64,000 bases of DNA from Dehalococcoidia bacterium (GTDB taxonomy: Bacteria; Chloroflexota; Dehalococcoidia; Lucifugimonadales; UBA1123). This document shows positions 1 through 6,382 of the stretch, in pieces. Positions within the stretch are counted from its first letter, which is position 1. Every line of letters begins with the position of its first letter. The notes below the pieces were generated by a model. The model worked only from the letters and a program-made list of their open reading frames with translations. It was not told the origin of the DNA and searched no databases. The translations under genes and the position numbers were made by a program. The DNA lies in NCBI GenBank assembly GCA_963665255.1, contig OY762210.1:1090866-1154865 (forward strand). The letters run 5' to 3'.

Positions 1-747
1 TCTGACTAGCTCTTCCCGTGAAACCGGAGTTTCTATTTCCCGCAGTCGCTCCAGCTTGGCTTCGTCCAGGTTGTTGATAATTATCGCGATGAACAGGTTG
101 ATAACAACGAACGTGCCCACGATGACGAAGCTGACGAAGTAGATCCAGGCCAGGGAGTGAGCCTCCATTGCCTTGGCCATCACATCAGTCCAGCCCTCAA
201 GTGTAATCACGTTGAATAGGGTTAGCAGAGAGATTCCTAGGTTTCCCCAGCTCTCCGGGTCGTTTTCGTGGAAGAGGTGATAGCCCATGATCGCGTAGAT
301 GTACACGATGATGCTCATCAACATCATCACGTGTCCGACGCTGGGGATAGATCGCACCAGCGCAGCGACGATCAGGCGCAGGTCACGGATAGTTGAGATT
401 AGGCGCAGGACTCTCAGCAGCCGCGCGAGCCGCGCGATCATCGCAAACTGGCCTGTGGCCGGAATGAGCGCGAACACTATCACCAGGAAATCAAAGATGT
501 TCCAGCCATCTCTGAAGTACCCGAAGAGACGGGGAGAGGCGGCAACCATCTTGAGTATGGCTTCGGCTATGAAGATGACCAGGGCTGTCTGGTTCCCAAT
601 GTGGATCCAGTCCCCGTAACGATCACTCAACGCCGGAGAAGTCCCAACTCCGAGCAAAACGCCGTTGAAGATGATTATCGCTATTATGGTAATCTCGAAG
701 GCTGGCGCGCTGACCACCTTCTCGATGATTTCTATGTAGCGTTTCAT
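1..747 (-). CDS. Voltage-gated ion channel, BacNaV/NaChBac family (6-TM, single domain). The C-terminus is cut by the window edge.
   Basis: Absent from the ORF track because it runs off the left edge. Hand translation of the minus strand from ATG (747..745) gives MKRYIEIIEKVVSAPAFEITIIAIIIFNGVLLG... It has an S4 arginine ladder RLARLLRVLRLISTIRDLR, a pore loop LFNVITLEGWTDVM and an S6 segment FVIVGTFVVINLFIAIIINN. The frame stays open for 249 codons down to position 1. Confidence 0.8.
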   Translation of the reverse strand, partial: MKRYIEIIEKVVSAPAFEITIIAIIIFNGVLLGVGTSPALSDRYGDWIHIGNQTALVIFIAEAILKMVAASPRLFGYFRDGWNIFDFLVIVFALIPATGQFAMIARLARLLRVLRLISTIRDLRLIVAALVRSIPSVGHVMMLMSIIVYIYAIMGYHLFHENDPESWGNLGISLLTLFNVITLEGWTDVMAKAMEAHSLAWIYFVSFVIVGTFVVINLFIAIIINNLDEAKLERLREIETPVSREELVR

Positions 748-835
748 AATAGTGAACTGGCTATGAGGTTGCGCGGTATCGTAGCACCGCGTCTTGACGC
801 GGCTCAAGACAGGCAGTGCCGGAAGGGGCATCTCC

Positions 836-865
836 TTGTTTCCGGTTCAGGCCCTTTGCTATACT
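836..865 (+). promoter_or_regulatory. Candidate sigma70-type promoter with TG-extended -10 (TTGTTT-18 nt-TATACT, preceded by TGc)
   Basis: TTGTTT lies at 836-841, TG at 857-858 and TATACT at 860-865, about 40 nt upstream of the GTG start at 905. The same TGCTATACT string recurs at 1211-1219. Confidence 0.4.
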
Positions 866-904
866 TTCGCGCGGTCTGAAACGTGGATATTCGAGGAGGT
901 ATTT

Positions 905-1117
905 GTGGAGGGTAGAGACTTCCCCAACTGTTTGGTTTGTACCGAAGGAAACCTGTTGCCGCTGTCCGACTTCGGAAGCCAGGGTGCGGCCATTCACTAC
1001 AAGGCTTGGGTCTGCAGCAATCCTGACTGCGGGTTCAATATCAAGATTCGCAACGGCGACGTTTACCTGAACGAGCCAATCGCCAACGGAGCGATGCACT
1101 CACCCAGATTCAGGTAA
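905..1117 (+). CDS. Small zinc-ribbon protein (70 aa), function unknown
   Basis: The GTG at 905 is preceded by GAGGAGG (893-899). Translation is VEGRDFPNCLVCTEGNLLPL...AWVCSNPDCGFNIKIRNGDVYL, with a CxxC plus CxxxxC cysteine pair arrangement. An intrinsic terminator follows. The upstream part of the 794..1117 ORF has no SD and looks non-coding. Confidence 0.55.
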   Translation: MEGRDFPNCLVCTEGNLLPLSDFGSQGAAIHYKAWVCSNPDCGFNIKIRNGDVYLNEPIANGAMHSPRFR

Positions 1118-1145
1118 CCTGATCAGCTAACAATTGCTGACGAAA

Positions 1146-1176
1146 GCAGCCCGCCAACCGCGGGCTGCTTTTCGTT
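1146..1176 (+). terminator. Rho-independent terminator
   Basis: A perfect 9-bp GC-rich stem pairs GCAGCCCGC (1146-1154) with GCGGGCTGC (1160-1168) around the loop CAACC. The stem is followed by TTTTCGTTTC. Confidence 0.8.
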
Positions 1177-1210
1177 TCTGCCGAGTCTGCGTGTGGCTGT
1201 GCTATAGCGG

Positions 1211-1219
1211 TGCTATACT
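1211..1219 (+). promoter_or_regulatory. Candidate TG-extended -10 element (TGcTATACT) upstream of the sortase gene
   Basis: TGCTATACT lies at 1211-1219, 43 nt before the ATG at 1262. A near-duplicate GTGCTATAG sits immediately upstream at 1199-1207. Confidence 0.35.
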
Positions 1220-1261
1220 GAATTTGGATCTACGAGACTCTGGATTATTGCGACCATAATT

Positions 1262-2341
1262 ATGGAAGGCTCTGACAGGAAGACTCTGCGACGCAGAACT
1301 GGAAAGCTGGTATTCGGTTCCGCCCTAGTTCTGGTCGGCCTGGTCATAGTAATCGCAGTTGGAATCTACTACACACTGGGACGATACAACTCGACCCAGT
1401 TGGAGGATCTGAAGTCTGCTGCTCCGGGGCCCATTGCCATGGAGGTTGTACCGACAGAGGTCCCCCAGGTTCGCGGCGCACTGATGCCCGATGGCAGTTT
1501 CAAGCCCATACAGACTGCTGCCAAGGAGATTCAGGTACGTGTCGGGGAACAGGTAAATGGCGATCGAGTGCCTGCAAGCAAGCCGGCGACGCCGGTTGCT
1601 GTCGTGGTCGCCGTAGAAGCCAAACCGACCGCTTCCGCAGCACCTGACTTCGCACAGTCTGCAATTGCAGAAGATGCCAGCGACCCGTCGGACCATCCTG
1701 AAGAACTGAGCGGGGCCGGTCTGGTTTACGCCTACAACGCTATCTATCCCGGCTACCAGATACATCCCAAGTACTGGGATCAGCCGCTTACCGCTGGAGC
1801 AGACCTCTACGCATACGGGGCAGTCCTGCGTCCGGACGGTTACGTCAGCATCGACTCGTCTCAGGGAATGCCCCGGGGCACAGCCCCTGACGCAAGTCAC
1901 ATCCGAATACCTAGTATAGGGGTCGACTCTACAGTATCGAACCTGGCGATCATCGACATTGGCGACAGCCGCCAGTACGAGACCCCGAAGCACGTTGTCG
2001 GACGAATCCCGGAGACGTCCAATCCAGGAGAACAGGGCAACACCTGGCTGTTCGGACACCTCGAGAGCCCCATCCGGGGAGAGGGCAACGTCTTCCAGAA
2101 GCTGCCTGAGATACCAGCACTGGTCAACAGCGGCGACCCCGTCTACGTCAGTCTATTCAATGAAGACGGTGACGAGTTCCTGTATCAGATCACTGAGACC
2201 GAAGTCATTCATCAGGACGAAATCCAGCTGTACCAGACCAAAGAGTCCACGATCACGCTCGTATCGTGCGTTCCACGCCTCGTCTATGACCATCGACTCC
2301 TGGTCGTCGGCAAGTTGGTGGGCGTGAAGAAAGCCACCTGA
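1262..2341 (+). CDS. Sortase-family transpeptidase, N-terminally membrane-anchored with a long Ala/Pro/Val linker
   Basis: The N-terminal TM segment is LVFGSALVLVGLVIVIAVGIYY. The catalytic core reads IRIPSIGVDSTV...GNTWLFGH (His)...TITLVSCVP (TLxTC-like Cys)...HRLLVVG (Arg). Confidence 0.8.
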   Translation: MEGSDRKTLRRRTGKLVFGSALVLVGLVIVIAVGIYYTLGRYNSTQLEDLKSAAPGPIAMEVVPTEVPQVRGALMPDGSFKPIQTAAKEIQVRVGEQVNGDRVPASKPATPVAVVVAVEAKPTASAAPDFAQSAIAEDASDPSDHPEELSGAGLVYAYNAIYPGYQIHPKYWDQPLTAGADLYAYGAVLRPDGYVSIDSSQGMPRGTAPDASHIRIPSIGVDSTVSNLAIIDIGDSRQYETPKHVVGRIPETSNPGEQGNTWLFGHLESPIRGEGNVFQKLPEIPALVNSGDPVYVSLFNEDGDEFLYQITETEVIHQDEIQLYQTKESTITLVSCVPRLVYDHRLLVVGKLVGVKKAT

Positions 2342-2348
2342 GTAGTTC

Positions 2349-3236
2349 TCAGTGGGCCGCAGCGGCCAGCGTGTCTCGCATAACGGAGATAAACCGTTCT
2401 GCCGGCTTTGAAATCTGCTTGCCCTTCAGTGTCACGATCCCTCCCTGTTCCACGGGCAAAATGTGGGCCAGGCTGACAACACCGAGGTTATCGTGGTCTT
2501 CCGGGTCGATTGCAAGTCGCGGGCCGACAGATATTCCCATCCCCAGAGCCACGTACCGCTTGATCATGTCCATGCTGTCCAGGTCGACGACGATCTCGTA
2601 GCTTATCCCGCGCCTCTTGAATTCAGACTCCAGCAGGTCGCGAGTGTGTGTCCCTTCAGTCATCATGATGAGCGGATACTTCGCAATCTGCTCGATGGAT
2701 TCCACAGGCTGCTTGGCCAGCGGGTGGTTCGGTGGCGTGATCAGCACCCGTTCATAGACAAAGAGCCCCTCGAACATGAACGCTTCGTCTCTGTCGTAGT
2801 GCTGAACGATGCCGATATCTGCCTCACCGTCCGCAATCATCCGCATGATTAGCGTTCTGGGAGCCGACCTGATTGTCAGGTGAATCTGAGGATGGATACT
2901 CGAGAAAACCCTCACGACGCTGAGCAGTGTGTGCGGGATGATGTCCGGTGTAGCCACCAGAACCACAGGTCCCCGCTCTTCGGCCTCTGACGCCGACTGG
3001 ACCAGTGCATCGAGACCCTCTACGAGGGGTACTGCCAACTCCTGAAGCCTCTTGCCCGCAAGCGTGAGCTGAATCGGACGCTTTACGCGGTCGAATAGAA
3101 CTGTGTTTAGCTCCGACTCCAGCTTCTTGATGTGCGTAGTGACCGTGGGCTGCCCCATTCCCAAGTGTTCTGCCGCTCGGGAGATGCTTCTATACCGGGC
3201 AGCAGAGCAGAAGCTCCTCAGTTCTCTAATCTCCAT
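2349..3236 (-). CDS. LysR-family transcriptional regulator
   Basis: The N-terminal wHTH is MEIRELRSFCSAARYRSISRAAEHLGMGQPTVTTHIKKLESEL. A typical LysR substrate-binding domain of about 200 aa follows. Confidence 0.9.
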   Translation of the reverse strand: MEIRELRSFCSAARYRSISRAAEHLGMGQPTVTTHIKKLESELNTVLFDRVKRPIQLTLAGKRLQELAVPLVEGLDALVQSASEAEERGPVVLVATPDIIPHTLLSVVRVFSSIHPQIHLTIRSAPRTLIMRMIADGEADIGIVQHYDRDEAFMFEGLFVYERVLITPPNHPLAKQPVESIEQIAKYPLIMMTEGTHTRDLLESEFKRRGISYEIVVDLDSMDMIKRYVALGMGISVGPRLAIDPEDHDNLGVVSLAHILPVEQGGIVTLKGKQISKPAERFISVMRDTLAAAAH

Positions 3237-3265
3237 TAGATCACCGCCTTACATCAATAGTGAAA

Positions 3266-3286
3266 ATAATAACTATCGAGTATTAT
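3266..3286. promoter_or_regulatory. Candidate LysR box (T-N11-A inside the perfect dyad ATAATA-N9-TATTAT)
   Basis: ATAATA (3266-3271) and TATTAT (3281-3286) form a perfect inverted repeat in the AT-rich divergent intergenic region. The dyad abuts the -35 of the sORF promoter. Confidence 0.4.
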
Positions 3287-3289
3287 CTC

Positions 3290-3318
3290 TTTACAGGATG
3301 CTATGTTCGGGGGATAAT
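3290..3318 (+). promoter_or_regulatory. Candidate sigma70 promoter TTTACA-17 nt-GATAAT
   Basis: TTTACA lies at 3290-3295 and GATAAT at 3313-3318, separated by an exact 17-nt spacer. The element is 61 nt upstream of the ATG at 3379. A 7-bp inverted repeat, TGTAGAA-N7-TTCTACA (3324-3344), sits at the predicted transcription start. Confidence 0.5.
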
Positions 3319-3378
3319 GAAATTGTAGAACACAGTATTCTACAAACTGATTCAGATCACAACCTAAGGAGAAGGATA

Positions 3379-3540
3379 ATGATAAACAGAGTTAAGACCA
3401 TCCTTGGACGCAGACACGGGGTGAACGCTCTGGACAGCTATTTCTTCAACGTCCAGACGCGCAGCAACTGCCCAGGTCCAACCTTCGACGAGGCCCGCAG
3501 GGACTTCAAGGAGATGGTCCGCAAGCACATCTACAACTAG
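3379..3540 (+). CDS. Small basic protein (53 aa), unknown function, divergent from the LysR regulator
   Basis: The ATG at 3379 is preceded by AAGGAGAAGGA. Translation is MINRVKTILGRRHGVNALDSYFFNVQTRSNCPGPTFDEARRDFKEMVRKHIYN. Third codon positions are G/C-biased like those of neighbouring genes. The gene has its own promoter and terminator. The longer ORF 3103..3540 overlaps lysR in the AT-rich spacer and is not credible. Confidence 0.5.
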   Translation: MINRVKTILGRRHGVNALDSYFFNVQTRSNCPGPTFDEARRDFKEMVRKHIYN

Positions 3541-3650
3541 TAGATATCGGTTCATCTTAAAGGGCGTGAGGCCGGTCCTCCCCTTTGGAACCGGCGGAGA
3601 TATCCGTCAGCAGCCCAGTCTAAGGCCCCGCGTCCTTCCAACCCCACATT

Positions 3651-3688
3651 CGGCGCCGAAGCTCAGTCTTCGGCGCCTTTTCTTTCTT
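3651..3688 (+). terminator. Rho-independent terminator
   Basis: The stem pairs CGGCGCCGAAG (3651-3661) with CTTCGGCGCC (3668-3677) around the loop CTCAGT. It is followed by TTTTCTTTCTT. Confidence 0.7.
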
Positions 3689-3701
3689 GACAGGTACTCT
3701 T

Positions 3702-4160
3702 CTAGACGGCAGCCGCTTCCTGCGCTCTGACAGCGTCGCCGACCGAAATTGACCCACTCTGGATCACGGTTGCCAGCATCCCGCGCTGCTCCTCAAGCTC
3801 CACTCTCAGCCCATCCCGAATCTCGTCCATCCGGGCACATGGAGTGCAGAAGCCTGTAATCTCCACAACTGCAGAATCACCCAGGGACACTCGCTGACCG
3901 GCCTCGACCGAGTGCATGTCTATCCCCGAGGTGGTGATGTTCTCTCTGACATCCCCGCTGCTGAGGCTGAACTTACCCAGCGTCTCCTCATCCATGATAA
4001 GGACCTGGCGTGCCGTCCTGACCCCCTCAGACACTGCGTGGCGGTCTCCCTCTATCCCGAAACCAGCAGTCATATCCGCCGACTCAACGCTCTTCATCGG
4101 GTCCCGGTGACCCGTACAGAGGTATATGGACACTATGGTTCCCTGCGCGCCGTTGCTCAT
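3702..4160 (-). CDS. MOSC domain-containing protein
   Basis: Motifs include ...GFGIEGDRHA...RQVLIMDEE...ENITTSGID...GFCTPCARMD. I chose the start at M33 of the ORF (4160) because GGGAGG lies 5 nt upstream. Confidence 0.75.
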   Translation of the reverse strand: MSNGAQGTIVSIYLCTGHRDPMKSVESADMTAGFGIEGDRHAVSEGVRTARQVLIMDEETLGKFSLSSGDVRENITTSGIDMHSVEAGQRVSLGDSAVVEITGFCTPCARMDEIRDGLRVELEEQRGMLATVIQSGSISVGDAVRAQEAAAV

Positions 4161-4319
4161 CTCATCCTCCCTGAATGCTGGATTCTCGACATTGTACACA
4201 CTTGACTGCGCCTTTACTGCCAAACCTGGAAATGGAACTGTCAACTCAATGTCCAAGGCTGTAAACTGACTCCCGTTCGTACGCTGCTATATCTATAACA
4301 GTAGGAGGAGAGAAGGCGC

Positions 4320-5270
4320 ATGGTCAGTACGGTAAAACTGGGAACAGGTCAGTTCGGCTATGAAGTAGCTGTCGGATGGGAGAGCCTGCCCGCTGGAATT
4401 GGTTGGCGGGAAGTGGCCGGCGTCATCACGGACGATGACGACAACGTCTATGTCTTCAGCAGGGGAGACCATCCGATGGTCGTCTTCGACAAGGACGGCA
4501 ACTTTATCAAGACCTGGGGGAAGGGCCTCTTCACGCGGGCACACGGTGTCAGCAGGGGGCCGGACAACACGCTCTACTGCACTGACGACGGCGATCACAC
4601 GGTGAGGCAGTGCACCCTGGATGGTGAAGTCCTTATGACGGTCGGCGTGGCCAACCAGCCCGCCCCAGCCTTCTCTGGAGACCCATTCAATCGGTGTACG
4701 CACGTAGCGACCGATCCGGCAAACGGAGACCTGTTCGTCTCTGACGGCTATGCCAACAGCCGCGTCCATAAGTACACCCCCGATGGGGAGCACATCATGT
4801 CGTGGGGCGGACCCGGCACCGACCCTGGGCAGTTCAACATCGTTCACAACATCGCAACCGACCGAGACGGCTATGTCTATGTCTGCGACAGGGAGAACCA
4901 CCGCATCCAGGTATTCGACCGCGAGGGCAAACTGGAAGACGTCTGGTACAACGTTCACCGGCCGTGCGCGATCTACATCGACGACGACCAGCGAGTCTAT
5001 GTTGGCGAACTGGGCTGGGGCATGGCAGTCAACCGCAACATGCCGAACATCGGCCCGCGAGTAGCGATCATGACCACATCAGGCAAGGTGCTGGAACGCC
5101 TTGGCAATGGCTACGGACTGGATGTCGGGCAGTTCATCTCACCTCACGGTATCGCCGTTGACTCCCACAAGAGCATCTACGTTGGCGAGGTCGCCCACAC
5201 CAACATAAGCCACACGGAAACCCCGCCGGATAACGTTCGTGCTTTCCAGAAGCTGGTCAGGGCTGACTAG
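4320..5270 (+). CDS. NHL-repeat six-bladed beta-propeller protein (peptidyl-alpha-hydroxyglycine amidating lyase-like)
   Basis: NHL-like blades repeat: DDDNVYVFSRGDHPMVVFD, DNTLYCTDDGDHTVRQ, NGDLFVSDGYANSRVHKY, DGYVYVCDRENHRIQVFD and KSIYVGEV. The SD AGGAGGAG is present, and a TGCTATATC element lies at 4285-4293. Confidence 0.7.
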   Translation: MVSTVKLGTGQFGYEVAVGWESLPAGIGWREVAGVITDDDDNVYVFSRGDHPMVVFDKDGNFIKTWGKGLFTRAHGVSRGPDNTLYCTDDGDHTVRQCTLDGEVLMTVGVANQPAPAFSGDPFNRCTHVATDPANGDLFVSDGYANSRVHKYTPDGEHIMSWGGPGTDPGQFNIVHNIATDRDGYVYVCDRENHRIQVFDREGKLEDVWYNVHRPCAIYIDDDQRVYVGELGWGMAVNRNMPNIGPRVAIMTTSGKVLERLGNGYGLDVGQFISPHGIAVDSHKSIYVGEVAHTNISHTETPPDNVRAFQKLVRAD

Positions 5271-5349
5271 CGGCTGGCTGCTGACTCAGATACCTGACAC
5301 TCACAATACGATATGCTATGCTCACTCAACCATCTGAGGAGGTTACCGG

Positions 5350-6336
5350 ATGACGATCGCACACAAGCATGGATCAGCCGCTGGCATGACAGAGGCCGCG
5401 AAGAAATTCGTCGAGAGCCTCAGCGGTGACCAGCGAGATAAGACTGTATATGAGTACATGGACGGCGAGCGCATCTTCTGGTACTACCCGCCAGTCAACA
5501 GGCACGGCCTGCCACTGAGGGACATGGATGACGACCAGCGCCAGCTCGCCTACTCGCTCATGGAGACCGGCCTGACTGAAGATTCGTTCGAGAAGGCCAA
5601 GCTCATCATTGAGCACGAGTCCGTCCTCGGTCCGTTGGAAAAGGAGGCAGGCATTACCAGCTTCCTCCGCGACCCTGACCTCTATTATTGGACGGTCTTC
5701 GGTAAGCCCGGCGATGACAGCGAACCCTGGGGTTGGCGCGTCGAGGGTCACCATATCTCACTGAACTTCAGCCTATGGGACGACAAGTTCATCTCTATGA
5801 CTCCGTTCTTCTTCGGGGCAAACCCTGCTGAGGTCCGCAAGGGGCCAAAGAAGGGCCTGCGTATTCTCGACCGGCGGGAGGACCTCGCTTACGAGCTGAT
5901 GAACAGCCTGGATAAAGGCCAGTCGTCGACGGCCAAGATATACGGTGAAGCCCCGTACGACATCCTTACCTACAACTCTTCCCGCGTTTCCCTGCCTGCT
6001 GAAGAGGGTCTCCCGGCGTCCAAGATGAACGACACTCAGAAGGACATTCTGCGCAGTCTGGTGAAGGTGTACGTCAACCAGGTACGCAGCGACATGGCCC
6101 AGCAGAAGTGGGACCGGCTCGAATCCGAAGGCTTCGAAGGCCTCCACTGGGCATGGGGCGGAGGGACTCAGGAAGGCAAGGAGCACTACTACCGCATCCA
6201 CGGTGGTAACTTCGTGGTCGAGTTCGACAACAGGCAGAACGGGGCGAACCACATTCACTCGGTCTGGCGTGACGTCGAGAACGACTTCGCCAATGACGTG
6301 CTTCGGGAGCACCTGCTCCTCTACCACGTTCTGTAG
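5350..6336 (+). CDS. DUF3500 family protein
   Basis: Recognised strings are [14 protein letters not shown] and [30 protein letters not shown]...DVLREHL, which are characteristic of DUF3500. The SD is GAGGAGG. Confidence 0.65.
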   Translation: MTIAHKHGSAAGMTEAAKKFVESLSGDQRDKTVYEYMDGERIFWYYPPVNRHGLPLRDMDDDQRQLAYSLMETGLTEDSFEKAKLIIEHESVLGPLEKEAGITSFLRDPDLYYWTVFGKPGDDSEPWGWRVEGHHISLNFSLWDDKFISMTPFFFGANPAEVRKGPKKGLRILDRREDLAYELMNSLDKGQSSTAKIYGEAPYDILTYNSSRVSLPAEEGLPASKMNDTQKDILRSLVKVYVNQVRSDMAQQKWDRLESEGFEGLHWAWGGGTQEGKEHYYRIHGGNFVVEFDNRQNGANHIHSVWRDVENDFANDVLREHLLLYHVL

Positions 6337-6382
6337 GGGGCAAGGTGCTGAGTCGGCTCAACCGACCCAGAGAGTATCGGCC

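Noticed and set aside
4293-4958. A 221-aa minus-strand ORF antisense to the NHL-repeat gene. Similar antisense ORFs lie at 1325-2059, 8657-9463, 27604-28254, 28261-28779 and 38140-38829.
   Set aside because: Each overlaps a sense gene with clear domain motifs and an SD. None has motifs or translation signals of its own.
6203-6382. A 60-codon N-terminal extension of the lipoprotein ORF that overlaps the end of the DUF3500 gene
   Set aside because: The extension is Ser/Thr/Arg-rich and overlaps a well-supported gene in another frame. The ATG at 6383 yields a proper signal peptide and lipobox.
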